Origin: an uncultured Thermoplasmatales archaeon
GTDB taxonomy: Archaea > Thermoplasmatota > Penumbrarchaeia > Penumbrarchaeales > Penumbrarchaeaceae
Length of the DNA: 64,000 nucleotides
Direction of reading: 5' to 3'
Assembly (NCBI GenBank): GCA_964445525.1
Contig: CAYULA010000018.1
Location: forward strand, 36 to 64,035
Shown: piece after piece, positions 26,532-35,766 of the stretch
How positions within the stretch are numbered: the stretch's first letter is position 1
Layout of the letters: each line of letters begins with the position of its first letter
Translations under genes and position numbers: made by a program
Notes under the pieces: generated by a model
Told to the model about the DNA's origin: nothing
Databases searched by the model: none
What the model saw: the letters and a program-made list of their open reading frames with translations, nothing else

Positions 26532-27628
26532 ACATGGTTCCCCCTTCAGGACGGCGCCCCGCTCTTTCCCAGGTGGGATGGACATTTGGAAGGGGTTATC
26601 TGCCCTTTCCCGCTGACAGGGAGCTCTTGTGGGAAATCATCTCGGAAATAATGGATCCGGGAGAAGGGGAGGTCCTCGTTCTTGCTCATCACAATGCCGA
26701 TCTCGATGCGGTTGCCACCGCCCTTGTAATCAAGTGGACATTTCCCTGGGTCAGGTTGGGAGCCTTCAAATCCGTCTCCCAGGCCGGGAAGAAGCTTCTG
26801 AATTTTTTCAACGAGGAAATGGAGATCAATCCTTCTGTAGATGGAATTTCCCTGATCATAATAGTGGATTCATCATCCCCACTGCAGGTCATGGAAGGAG
26901 AACCGGAGGATTGGCCCAATTTTCGAGTTATTGATCACCATCCAGATCACTCTCACTGGGAAGGCAATAATTACATAGATGACACCAAAGGGGCATGTGT
27001 GGAGATTGCCCTGCAGATGGCGATGCTGACAAACAGTCCCCTGACGAGGGAGATGGCTATGGCCGGGATAGCGGGTATAGTGGCGGATACGGGAAAATTC
27101 AGATTCGCCTCACCCGTGGACCTGGAGGTAACCTCCTTCCTCCTTGGATTATCGGACACCTCGATGGAAGATGTTCTTACCGTTATCGAGGGTGAGGATT
27201 ATTTTGACGTCTCCAAAAAAATTGCCCAGTTAAAGGCTTTGAAGAGGGTCCAGTACAGAAAGATCGGAGATCAGATTATTGCCGCATCCCGTGTAAACTC
27301 CTTCGAAGCTGCTGCGTGCAGAGCCCTCCTGGTTGCCGGTGCCGATGTTTCATTTGTTTCAGCAGAGAAGAAAAATGAGCTCAGGGTTTCAGCGAGGGCG
27401 AAGCCGCATATTCTAAAGATGGGAATCCATCTTGGACAGTTCATGGAGATGGTGGGTGAGAAAACCGGTAATCAGGGTGGAGGTCATGACGGAGCAGCGG
27501 GGTTGAACGGCAAGGGAAAGCCCTCCGAGGTCTTGAGGATCTGCATGAATGAGATGTGCTCCTTGCTGGAAGAAAAACTGAATATCGATGGGAAGAAAGG
27601 TAAATCCGGAAATGATCCGAAAAAGTGA
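26528..27628 (+). CDS. DHH/DHHA1 phosphoesterase (NrnA-like)
   Basis: Motifs HHNADLDAV, IIVDSS, IDHH and GGGHDGAAG are present. Confidence 0.85.
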   Translation: MNMVPPSGRRPALSQVGWTFGRGYLPFPADRELLWEIISEIMDPGEGEVLVLAHHNADLDAVATALVIKWTFPWVRLGAFKSVSQAGKKLLNFFNEEMEINPSVDGISLIIIVDSSSPLQVMEGEPEDWPNFRVIDHHPDHSHWEGNNYIDDTKGACVEIALQMAMLTNSPLTREMAMAGIAGIVADTGKFRFASPVDLEVTSFLLGLSDTSMEDVLTVIEGEDYFDVSKKIAQLKALKRVQYRKIGDQIIAASRVNSFEAAACRALLVAGADVSFVSAEKKNELRVSARAKPHILKMGIHLGQFMEMVGEKTGNQGGGHDGAAGLNGKGKPSEVLRICMNEMCSLLEEKLNIDGKKGKSGNDPKK

Positions 27629-27650
27629 TGATCCGTATAATGCAGGCCAA

Positions 27651-28319
27651 TTAACCTGTGCTTGCCGCAGGATATTTAACCGCAAGTTCAACCGTATCCC
27701 CGTCCTGAAGTGAAAGTTCCTCTCTCAGATTGGTGTCTGATATTATCTCCAATGTCCCGACATGGAGGGTCCTGTTCGGTACCATTACAACCGCTCCGGT
27801 ACCATTGACTTTGCAGGTATAGCAGAGACAGGAACCGAAGGTTCTCTCTCCCGAGCGAAAACCTTTGATTTCCATGCCCGGTCCCCTCCTCAACAGGTCC
27901 ACAAGCGGTGAGTCTTTTCTCGAGAGCCTGACATTCAGGGTTCCGGGAAAAGGATTCATGGAGAAAAGCTCTTTCAATTGATCTATGTAACCTTCCTGTG
28001 ATAGATAATAAGCTCCCTCGCCCAGACCTGTGTTGATCGTTCCCTGAACGATTATCTCCCTTTCCTCATCGAATAGGCCCCTGAACTCCTGATAAAGGCT
28101 TTTGAGCTTCTCTAATCCATCACTGGTTATCCTTATGCTGGAACCTGCTCTTTTTTGAGTCCTGTCAATTAATCCCCTCTCTTCCAGTCTTCTGAGATAA
28201 ATGGAAGCCGATTGCTGGCTTGAATCGATGAGCTCCCCGATCCTTTTGGTTGTTATGGTCACATACTTTTCCATGGCTCCGAGGCGCGCCAGCTTGAGAA
28301 GGAGTATGTCATCGTCCAT
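27651..28319 (-). CDS. ribK: HTH-fused CTP-dependent riboflavin kinase (archaeal RibK)
   Basis: An N-terminal wHTH (ITTKRIGELIDSSQQSASIYLRRLEERGLI) is joined to the RibK core GTINTGLGEGAYY...PFPGTLNVRL. Confidence 0.8.
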   Translation of the reverse strand: MDDDILLLKLARLGAMEKYVTITTKRIGELIDSSQQSASIYLRRLEERGLIDRTQKRAGSSIRITSDGLEKLKSLYQEFRGLFDEEREIIVQGTINTGLGEGAYYLSQEGYIDQLKELFSMNPFPGTLNVRLSRKDSPLVDLLRRGPGMEIKGFRSGERTFGSCLCYTCKVNGTGAVVMVPNRTLHVGTLEIISDTNLREELSLQDGDTVELAVKYPAASTG

Positions 28320-28899
28320 TTATTTCACCACGATTCTTGAATATTGCACCGGCTGCCAAATGGGAAATACGGATCGGTTCGGGAGTTCTTCCCCTTTTGG
28401 TTATTTTTCTCACCAACCATTCGGCTCTTTTTTTTGTTATTCCTTCGTATCTTATGTGGCAGATCCCATCATCCAATTCAATTCTCTCGGGGGTCCAATT
28501 TTTGATCAATTCCAATCTGTACTCCCAATCATCGAAATTGTGTTCGAGGGCCTTTTTCACGGAAGGAGTGTCCGGTTCTTCATCAGAACAGGTCAGGACC
28601 GGAACGCCGCATGCTGAATTCAGTTGTTTTAGGTCCAGTACATTGAATCCCGCCAGACAGGCTCCATCTGAAAGAATGGCCATGATCTGCGTCCCGAACC
28701 TGGAACTGTTCAGGGTATGTGAGATGATCTCCGATGAATCGCTTCCATCGGTTTCGATATATGCGGAAAGGAATCCCTCTATGTAGCCATCCAGTCTCAT
28801 AATGGTAATTACTATGGGGGTCTTCTCGGATTTCCTCATGTAAGGGCCATCGTCAATGCCCGCGACCCTGGCCTGACTTTTCATGGGCCATTTCGCCAT
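28309..28899 (-). CDS. DUF99 / UPF0215 (endonuclease V-like fold) protein
   Basis: VAGIDDGPY near the N-terminus and the overall approximately 190-aa layout are typical of the family. Confidence 0.7.
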   Translation of the reverse strand: MAKWPMKSQARVAGIDDGPYMRKSEKTPIVITIMRLDGYIEGFLSAYIETDGSDSSEIISHTLNSSRFGTQIMAILSDGACLAGFNVLDLKQLNSACGVPVLTCSDEEPDTPSVKKALEHNFDDWEYRLELIKNWTPERIELDDGICHIRYEGITKKRAEWLVRKITKRGRTPEPIRISHLAAGAIFKNRGEINGR

Positions 28900-28908
28900 A
28901 AATATCCC

Positions 28909-29280
28909 TCACAACAGTGGAAGCGAGCCCGTTACCTTGTCGATTTCCGGATTCGGTCCAGGTCCTATCCCCAGGCAGGTAACCGTACCAGGTTCCACTT
29001 CCGTCATGCCCGCATCCTGGATAAGAGAGGTTTCCAGGTTTAGTGTTTCTGCAATGGCCTTGAGTTCATGTAATTCGGAGAGGTTTTCGCACTTTACAAC
29101 CACTTTCTTCTGCCCCTCCCTGTACCAGGCTTTGAACCACCTGTCATTGTTCTTCTTGCTGGAAAGGGCGCAGTTGACAGCGGCATGTGCCACCTGGACT
29201 GCCAACTTTCCCGGTGTCATCTTAATATCCTTTCTTATTACAACCACCAGTTTATTGTTGAAAGTCTCCCTTGCCATCAT
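28909..29280 (-). CDS. pth2: peptidyl-tRNA hydrolase Pth2
   Basis: KLVVVIRKDIKMTPGKLAVQVAHAAV and LIQDAGMTEVEPGTVTCLGIGP are present. Confidence 0.9.
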   Translation of the reverse strand: MMARETFNNKLVVVIRKDIKMTPGKLAVQVAHAAVNCALSSKKNNDRWFKAWYREGQKKVVVKCENLSELHELKAIAETLNLETSLIQDAGMTEVEPGTVTCLGIGPGPNPEIDKVTGSLPLL

Positions 29281-29567
29281 GCCTCACTCCAAAGTGGATC
29301 CAGTTCCTTCTTCTTCCATCCCTCTCCTTTTTTTCTTGCCCTTTCCCAGTCAATCTTGGTGATGGCCCTCAGTATCCTTCCATCGAGTTTGAATGACTTG
29401 AGGGGGGCTTTGAAGAAATCGGGTCCGTCCTTGATGACGATTTGATCCCCTTCGACACCTATGGTCTCGCCTCTCCGCTTATCTTTTCTGTCTTTGACAA
29501 AAAGAGAAAGATATTCATCTTTGGGATCCTCGGTTACCATCTTGCGGCTCTTCTTTCCCCTGGCCAT
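29277..29567 (-). CDS. small basic protein, hypothetical
   Basis: A 96-aa Lys/Arg-rich ORF whose stop overlaps the pth2 start by 4 nt. No family recognised. Confidence 0.5.
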   Translation of the reverse strand: MARGKKSRKMVTEDPKDEYLSLFVKDRKDKRRGETIGVEGDQIVIKDGPDFFKAPLKSFKLDGRILRAITKIDWERARKKGEGWKKKELDPLWSEA

Positions 29568-29603
29568 GGAGGTGGAGGGAGGTATCCGATTAAAACCGTT
29601 TCC

Positions 29604-30104
29604 TCACTCTTTTTTCCTAATGTATACGGGGGAGGGAAGTTTCTGCGACGCCTTCTTCAATGCCATCTTGGCCTGAAGCTCCATCTGTTTGGGAATCTGT
29701 ATGGTCATGACCTCCTGTCCGGCCTTGACCCTGGCAGCCGTTCCCACGTTTTTTCCGAATGATTTCCTCATACCCTGGGATACCCTGTCAGCTCCAGCTC
29801 CGGTTGCCTGCTTGTTCTCCCTGAGAATGTGGTGAGGATACACCCTTACGATCAGCTTGTAGTTCTGCGCACCGGCTCGCTTGGAGATGTACTTGTTTGC
29901 CGCGATACGAGCCGCCTCCAGGGCAGTGTGTCTAATCTGGCACTGTTCCTTCACAACCAGATTGTAGGTGCTAGGGAAGTCAATTTGCCTGTTACCGCTC
30001 ACGAACTGCTGGATCCTGGGAACCGGAATTCCACCTGTATAATCCTTTCTGGTGAATGCCTGTCCCCTAATCTGGCGGTACATTCTGTTGGGCTTTCTTG
30101 CCAT
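29604..30104 (-). CDS. rpl10e: 50S ribosomal protein L10e (uL16)
   Basis: MARKPNRMYRQIRGQAFTRKDYTGGIPVPRI is the canonical N-terminus. Confidence 0.95.
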   Translation of the reverse strand: MARKPNRMYRQIRGQAFTRKDYTGGIPVPRIQQFVSGNRQIDFPSTYNLVVKEQCQIRHTALEAARIAANKYISKRAGAQNYKLIVRVYPHHILRENKQATGAGADRVSQGMRKSFGKNVGTAARVKAGQEVMTIQIPKQMELQAKMALKKASQKLPSPVYIRKKE

Positions 30105-30284
30105 TTATTTCACCTTCTGTCAGGTTGTGAGGGCCATGCCTCGGTGCCGCCCACTAAGAAAGAGGTCATATATAACTGTAATCATGGGATATGAAGAAAG
30201 ATTCCATGATGAACTTTGGAGCCGGCAATTATCACCCCATTGTGCATTGCGTTTAAATAATTAGGTGATATCTAATAGATCATT

Positions 30285-30851
30285 ATGGACAATATTGAAG
30301 CAATCAGGCCCAAGACATTATTCATGACCACGGGAATCGGACGCCACAGGGAGAAACTGGCGAGTTTCGAGCTTGCCTTGAGAAATGCCGGTATTGAGAA
30401 GTTCAACCTGGTCAATGTATCTTCTATATATCCTCCGGATGCGGCGATCATTGACCGTCAGGAGGGTTTGGAAGATCTTCAACCGGGACAGATAGTCTTC
30501 TGTGTGATGGCCAAAGCACAATCCAACGAGCCCGGGAGGAGATTGGCGGCATCCATCGGTGTGGCCATACCCCAGATTCCAAGCATGTACGGGTACCTTT
30601 CCGAGCATCATTCATACGGGCAGCAAGCCAAGGATGCGGGTGATTACGCAGAGGACCTCGCAGCTGAGATGCTGGCTTCTACCCTTGGAATACCATTTGA
30701 CATAGATTCCGATTATGATGAGAAGAGGGATATATTCAGGATGGATGGAAGGATAGTGAACACCAGGAATTTTACATCCTTCACGCAGGTGGATGACAAG
30801 GGACGATGGACAACCTGCGTGGCAGCAGCCGTCTTTGTACCCAAAAGGTGA
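30285..30851 (+). CDS. pdaD: pyruvoyl-dependent arginine decarboxylase
   Basis: ASFELALRNAGIEKFNLVNVSSIYPP contains the self-cleavage Ser-Ser site. Confidence 0.9.
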   Translation: MDNIEAIRPKTLFMTTGIGRHREKLASFELALRNAGIEKFNLVNVSSIYPPDAAIIDRQEGLEDLQPGQIVFCVMAKAQSNEPGRRLAASIGVAIPQIPSMYGYLSEHHSYGQQAKDAGDYAEDLAAEMLASTLGIPFDIDSDYDEKRDIFRMDGRIVNTRNFTSFTQVDDKGRWTTCVAAAVFVPKR

Positions 30852-30856
30852 TTGGA

Positions 30857-31921
30857 ATGGATAGGTCCAAATCCACGCGCGAGGAGCTGTTGAAGACACC
30901 GATAAGGATGCTCGACCTGTCAGAGAGCAGATCCCTTGGTGATCTGGTGGAACAGTTTTCGGGTACCTCCTTCCAGGCCAGGAGAATGTCCGAATGCGTG
31001 AGGATCTACAGAAATATGACAGATGTTGACCGGTCCCATACCATCTTCCTTGGTCTTGCAGGATCCATAATAGCGGCCGGATTGAGAAAGGTCGTGAGGG
31101 ATTTGATAGAGTTCCGTTTGGTAGATGTGATATGTACTACAGGCGCTGTAGTCTATCAGGACTATTATCAGTCCATGGGATACAAACATTACAAAGGGGT
31201 CGTCGAATCCGATGATGTGCTCTTACATGAATACATGATCGACAGGATCTACGATACCTACGTGGATGAGGAGAAGTTCAGGGAAACCGATGTCTCAATC
31301 GGGAAATTGCTTGAATCACTGGGCGGAGGAAGGTATTCCACCAGGGAATTCCTCTCAATACTGGGGGAACGCTGCAAGGATGACGAAGAATCCATACTGG
31401 GTGCGGCTTTCAGGCAAGGTGTACCTGTGTACTGTCCCGCCATTGCGGACTCTTCCATCGGCATAGGTCTTTCCACCTCCTATGAAAGACAGAGAAGATC
31501 AGGTATTGAGGAGAATGACATCTTCGTTCTGGATACCATTAGGGACAATTACGAGATGGCGCAGATCATGCATTCCTCCAAAGCTACAGGGGCGGTATAT
31601 CTTGGCGGGGGTGTCCCCAAGAACTACATCAACGACGCTGTGGTAATGTCGGACATGATCTTTGGTGATCAGAAGGGACACGAATATGCCATCCAGATGA
31701 CAATGGACAGACCGGATTGGGGCGGTCTTTCTGGATCCACCTTGGGAGAAGCCCAGTCATGGGGAAAGATAGATGCAGAGGCAACTCACCAGACAGTTCA
31801 CGTGGAACTTTCCGTATCACTGCCACTCATAGCTGGTGCGGTAATGGAAGCTAGGAATTGGTCGAAGAGGAGGGGTCCGAAATTTATCTGGAAGGGTGAT
31901 CTTCTCGAGGAGATCCAGTAA
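30857..31921 (+). CDS. dys: deoxyhypusine synthase
   Basis: The motif series FLGLAGSIIAAGLR, DVICTTGA, GGGVPKNY and WGKI is present. The start is ATG 30857 (GGTGA upstream), 5 nt after the pdaD stop. Confidence 0.9.
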   Translation: MDRSKSTREELLKTPIRMLDLSESRSLGDLVEQFSGTSFQARRMSECVRIYRNMTDVDRSHTIFLGLAGSIIAAGLRKVVRDLIEFRLVDVICTTGAVVYQDYYQSMGYKHYKGVVESDDVLLHEYMIDRIYDTYVDEEKFRETDVSIGKLLESLGGGRYSTREFLSILGERCKDDEESILGAAFRQGVPVYCPAIADSSIGIGLSTSYERQRRSGIEENDIFVLDTIRDNYEMAQIMHSSKATGAVYLGGGVPKNYINDAVVMSDMIFGDQKGHEYAIQMTMDRPDWGGLSGSTLGEAQSWGKIDAEATHQTVHVELSVSLPLIAGAVMEARNWSKRRGPKFIWKGDLLEEIQ

Positions 31922-32055
31922 TCCAGATATCGGATTTCGTGCATGATAATCATTATAAAGGAGTAGTAGTTTAACCTCCTCCCCTATGCTATCTATTTAA
32001 ATACAGGTAGTATATCCCGCCGTGGGAAACCCCTATCCGGCAGAGGTGGAAACCA

Positions 32056-32649
32056 ATGTACAAGATGATCAAGCGCGAGGATGTCATACGCATTCCCCCT
32101 CACTATCTGGGACAGGACCTGGATATAGTCTCTGACTACCTGACCAGGAGGAATTTCGAGGGAAGGATGGACAACCTCAACCGCCTTGTTATAGAGGCTA
32201 CTGACGTGGGAAGGATAGGTGAAGGAAGAATAGTCCACGGTGACGGAGCCATCTTTCAGAGGGTTTCATTCAAAGCCCTTGTATTTCAACCTCTTCTCCA
32301 TGAGGTCGTGGAGGGGAATATAGTTGAGATACTGAAGTTCGGTGCTTTCGTGAGATTCGGACCTCTTGACGGGCTTGTTCACATCTCACAGGTCATGGAC
32401 GACCACATTGATGTGGATCTTGGGAACATGAGACTTGTCGGTAAAGAGACCAAGAGAGATCTTAAGGTCGGAGACAGGGTCAGAGCGAGGATCGTCTCGA
32501 TGTCCATGAACGAGAGGTCCCCCAGGGAATCCAGAATAGGCCTGACCATGAGACAGGCGGGACTGGGAAAGACTGATTGGCTCGAGGAAGAGTATGCGGA
32601 GAGGCACCACGTGGAAGAGGAGCCCTCCAAAAAGAAGAAAAAGAAGTGA
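32056..32649 (+). CDS. rpoE: DNA-directed RNA polymerase subunit E' (Rpo7)
   Basis: An Rpo7 N-domain followed by an S1 domain (VEGNIVEILKFGAFVRFGPLDGLVHISQV), then a Lys-rich tail. Confidence 0.9.
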   Translation: MYKMIKREDVIRIPPHYLGQDLDIVSDYLTRRNFEGRMDNLNRLVIEATDVGRIGEGRIVHGDGAIFQRVSFKALVFQPLLHEVVEGNIVEILKFGAFVRFGPLDGLVHISQVMDDHIDVDLGNMRLVGKETKRDLKVGDRVRARIVSMSMNERSPRESRIGLTMRQAGLGKTDWLEEEYAERHHVEEEPSKKKKKK

Positions 32650-32654
32650 TCCCG

Positions 32655-32834
32655 ATGATGCTGGCTTGCAAGAAATGTATGTTCCTTACCGACCAGGAAA
32701 AATGCCCCCTCTGCGATGGAGAGCTCTCCAAGGAATGGCAGGGGATGATAGTCATCCTGGATTGGGAATCTTCCGAAGTGGCAGCACATATGGGAATAAG
32801 GGCAAATGGAAAATATGCCCTGAAGGTAAGGTGA
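32655..32834 (+). CDS. spt4: transcription elongation factor Spt4 (RpoE'')
   Basis: MMLACKKCMFLTDQEKCPLCDG is the zinc ribbon and the C-terminus is GKYALKV. The start is trimmed from the track ORF 32577. Confidence 0.85.
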   Translation: MMLACKKCMFLTDQEKCPLCDGELSKEWQGMIVILDWESSEVAAHMGIRANGKYALKVR

Positions 32835-32842
32835 AATCACAG

Positions 32843-33361
32843 ATGTTGTTCAGGCTAACGGACCACCTCAGAGTGGTTCTCAAGGACCCGCTTGGGGAAC
32901 TTGTCCCCAACGAGGAGAGGACCAGGTCCAATCTGGACGATCTGGTGTCATCCCCTCTGGTCCTTGTGGGCGATGTAACCGCATCCGTGATGACCAAGAT
33001 GGGATACGATGCGTCCCTCATTCTCGTTGATAACCATACAAAGAGGGGTAAGGAGATACCAACCCTCACTGTCAAACCCTCAAGGATAATGGAAGTCGAG
33101 AACCCGGCGGGTATGATAGGCGGAGAACTCTTCGAGACTCTCGAGGAAGCTGTCAGATCGATTGTGACCGAGGACCTGGAAGGTCCCATCATGATAGAGG
33201 TTGACGGGGAGGAGGACCTCTCCACACTTGTTGCGATCAAGCTAATGCCGAACGGATCCACTGTTGTTTACGGCCAGCCCGATGCAGGTTTGGTTGTGGT
33301 CAGAGTGGATGGTGAGATAAAGAAAAAGGTCGAGGATATGCTCCAAGAAATGGAGGTTTGA
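32843..33361 (+). CDS. DUF359 protein / GTP-dependent dephospho-CoA kinase
   Basis: LVGDVTASV and LILVDNHTKRG motifs are present. It has the conserved position after rpoE'-spt4. The start is ATG 32843, so the track ORF 32594 is an over-extension. Confidence 0.7.
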   Translation: MLFRLTDHLRVVLKDPLGELVPNEERTRSNLDDLVSSPLVLVGDVTASVMTKMGYDASLILVDNHTKRGKEIPTLTVKPSRIMEVENPAGMIGGELFETLEEAVRSIVTEDLEGPIMIEVDGEEDLSTLVAIKLMPNGSTVVYGQPDAGLVVVRVDGEIKKKVEDMLQEMEV

Positions 33362-33365
33362 TCCC

Positions 33366-33674
33366 ATGGAGATTGAAGTCACCGAGAAACACGATAACCT
33401 TCTTCTGGAAAGGACCGAAGTAAGGTTGGTTGCCAAACACCCGAAAGAAGCCACTCCCAAGAGGAAGGAACTCAAGGATGCGATCATGGAATCCCTGGAT
33501 GTCAAGAAAGGGGTCCTCGTGATCGATTCCATGAATTCAGAGTTCGGCAAGAACCAGACAGAGGTATTCCTCAAGGTCTATGCAAATGCCGACAAAGCAA
33601 GGGCCGTGGAGAACGAGCATATCCTGAAGAGGAATGGCCTGTATCAGGAAAAGAAGAAGGAAGAGGGATCCTGA
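33366..33674 (+). CDS. rps24e: 30S ribosomal protein S24e
   Basis: NLLLERTEVRLVAKHPKEATPKRKELKDAI is present. Confidence 0.9.
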   Translation: MEIEVTEKHDNLLLERTEVRLVAKHPKEATPKRKELKDAIMESLDVKKGVLVIDSMNSEFGKNQTEVFLKVYANADKARAVENEHILKRNGLYQEKKKEEGS

Positions 33675-33683
33675 GGTGATATC

Positions 33684-33836
33684 ATGAGAAACAACGAGCT
33701 ATACGAGATCAAGGGAGACAAGCTCGAAAGAAAGAGGAAGTTCTGTCCCAAGTGCGAGGGAGCTTTTCTTGCCCAGCACAAGGACAGGCTCCATTGCGGC
33801 AGATGCGGTTATACCGAGATGATCAAAAAGGAATGA
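33684..33836 (+). CDS. rps27ae: 30S ribosomal protein S27ae (50 aa), absent from the ORF track
   Basis: Hand translation gives [50 protein letters not shown]. It has the C4 zinc ribbon and the canonical position after S24e. Confidence 0.85.
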   Translation: MRNNELYEIKGDKLERKRKFCPKCEGAFLAQHKDRLHCGRCGYTEMIKKE

Positions 33837-33840
33837 GCCT

Positions 33841-34134
33841 CTACTGGGATTCTATCCTTCCAGCCTCATTTGCGTCTTTCAATGTTTGAAGTAGTGTTTC
33901 ACCAAGTCTTTTTGCCGCAACATGGGATAGGTAGATCCGGGTTGTTTTTGCCATGGTCCCGTTTTCACTGGGTATGCCGGGTAACTGGAGGAAATCTACC
34001 TGAACATCCCGCTGATTTACCTGGATGTATGCTACATTCGAATAATGTACGTGGTCCACATCCAGCTGGATATTATCAGGGTCCACCTTGAAAAGTCTGC
34101 TTATGTCTATTGTAATTATTCCTTTTTCTTCCAT
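33841..34134 (-). CDS. DUF3467-family protein
   Basis: HYSNVAYIQVNQRDVQVDFLQ ... IYLSHVAAKRLGETLLQTL matches the DUF3467 pattern (YAN...v.DF ... sp..AK.L...L). Confidence 0.6.
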   Translation of the reverse strand: MEEKGIITIDISRLFKVDPDNIQLDVDHVHYSNVAYIQVNQRDVQVDFLQLPGIPSENGTMAKTTRIYLSHVAAKRLGETLLQTLKDANEAGRIESQ

Positions 34135-34761
34135 TCATGCACTCCCCTTCGAGATTGTAACCGGGAAACTTTCATCCTGGCCTTCTATTGTGATTTTATC
34201 CACCTTATCTGCCTTAATTGCTATCAGATTGACCCTGCCAATAATGTCCTGGTATTTCCTCGATAGATGCTCATTGTAGTAATTGATGATCGCACGATCC
34301 ATTGTATCGGTTCCGTCCCTGTCATCATTGATCGCATCCATCAGAAGGGACAAAGCGATGATTTTTTTGGATTCAAAATTGACCCTGTATCTTGGTCTGG
34401 CTTTGTCACTTTCATCCTTGATCAATAGTTGGGAATCGACCAAACCCGTAAAATGAGACCTGAGAGTGGGGTATGTTGTTTCAAGAAGGTCGGCCATTTC
34501 CTTTGGTCTGAATTTGTGATACGGATCCGAGACTATCTCTTCAACCAACCTGCTTCTCATCTTGCTGTTGAAAAGTCCATCAAATGGCTCATCGCATGGT
34601 AGTTCAACCCCATTAGGAAGTTCCATAATATCTTGGTCCAACGTTGCCACCATCCTCAAGTATTCCTTTCCTGCGTAATAAAGATTTGGTATTTTTTCAC
34701 TTACTAATAAAATTCTTTCACATGGGATGATGGTGTCTATGATGTGGAATGTCCACACCAT
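34135..34761 (-). CDS. winged-helix (ArsR/TrmB-like) protein, hypothetical
   Basis: FRPKEMADLLETTYPTLRSHFTGLVDSQLLIKDESDKARPRYRV is the wHTH region. The start is uncertain; ATG 34653 would avoid overlap with the upstream ORF. Confidence 0.55.
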   Translation of the reverse strand: MVWTFHIIDTIIPCERILLVSEKIPNLYYAGKEYLRMVATLDQDIMELPNGVELPCDEPFDGLFNSKMRSRLVEEIVSDPYHKFRPKEMADLLETTYPTLRSHFTGLVDSQLLIKDESDKARPRYRVNFESKKIIALSLLMDAINDDRDGTDTMDRAIINYYNEHLSRKYQDIIGRVNLIAIKADKVDKITIEGQDESFPVTISKGSA

Positions 34762-35053
34762 GGTATTCTGAGAGATCTTGTGACCATGTCTTGTCCTTCA
34801 GGAGTACAACCTTTTCTCCTCGGGACAGATAAACCTGAATGATATCCTTTCCAAGAGGTTTCAGGATGTCTTCATCAAGGTCAAGATTCAGTTGGTTGCA
34901 TTTCAATTTACATTTTGTAATATTTTGACAGTACCCTCTTTTCTTCAACCATGCAATGAAGCATGCCACTTCAAAACCGGGATTGGGGACAGGTTCCTTG
35001 GTGTTCCGATTTCGAATCCCTTTCAATCTTTGAATTACGGGATCATCATTCAT
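34718..35053 (-). CDS. hypothetical protein (111 aa)
   Basis: ORF in the operon array, 8 nt after the DUF45 gene. The C-terminus is His-rich. No family recognised. Confidence 0.4.
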   Translation of the reverse strand: MNDDPVIQRLKGIRNRNTKEPVPNPGFEVACFIAWLKKRGYCQNITKCKLKCNQLNLDLDEDILKPLGKDIIQVYLSRGEKVVLLKDKTWSQDLSEYHGVDIPHHRHHHPM

Positions 35054-35061
35054 TTCAATCC

Positions 35062-35766
35062 TCAGGCTATTTGATACAACTCGAGTTTTGTTTTATATTC
35101 CTTCCAACTGGGAAGAACCAGGTCCAGTAATCGATAATACTCTTTCTGATGGTTCGGAACCTTCAAATGAACCAATTCGTGGAAAATGACGTATTCAATG
35201 CAGTAGGAAGGTGTCCTTATCAACTCGAGGTTGAGGTGTATTCTATTCTTTCCATGAACACAGCTGCCCCATCTCTTTTTCATTCTCTTGATTTTCATCT
35301 CCGGTCGTTTTATTCCGTGTTTGGTTACAACCTTCATCGCTTCATCCAGTATCTCATTGAACTTTATCCGGGCGTGATGTCTGTACCAATCATATAGAAG
35401 AAGTTCTACCATCTCGGGAGATCTATTTCTGGTATGAACCTCGATGAATCTCCCCTTCATTTTGACATTGATTGTTTCTGATTCGATGACCTTCAACCTG
35501 TACTGTCTTCCGAGGTAGCGGTGTGTTTCTCCACTGACATATCTTTTATTCAGATCCTCCTTCGGATACTGTCTAAAGTGAAGTCTTTTCTTCACAACCC
35601 ACCTGCCCCTCTTGTTGACGATTTCCAGTACCTTCTTGATATCGAGGTCCTCAGGTGCCCTGACTTCCACCGATCCATCCGGTTTGACCCTCGTTTCAAG
35701 GGTTTTTCTATTTGATCTCACAAGCTTGAAGGGGATCCTCTGATTTCCGTATCTTATCTCGTTCAT
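35062..35766 (-). CDS. DUF45 / YgjP-like (M48-related) zinc metallopeptidase
   Basis: HExxH in FHELVHLKVPNH, preceded by RWGSC. Its start overlaps the hsdR stop in an ATGA arrangement. Confidence 0.8.
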   Translation of the reverse strand: MNEIRYGNQRIPFKLVRSNRKTLETRVKPDGSVEVRAPEDLDIKKVLEIVNKRGRWVVKKRLHFRQYPKEDLNKRYVSGETHRYLGRQYRLKVIESETINVKMKGRFIEVHTRNRSPEMVELLLYDWYRHHARIKFNEILDEAMKVVTKHGIKRPEMKIKRMKKRWGSCVHGKNRIHLNLELIRTPSYCIEYVIFHELVHLKVPNHQKEYYRLLDLVLPSWKEYKTKLELYQIA

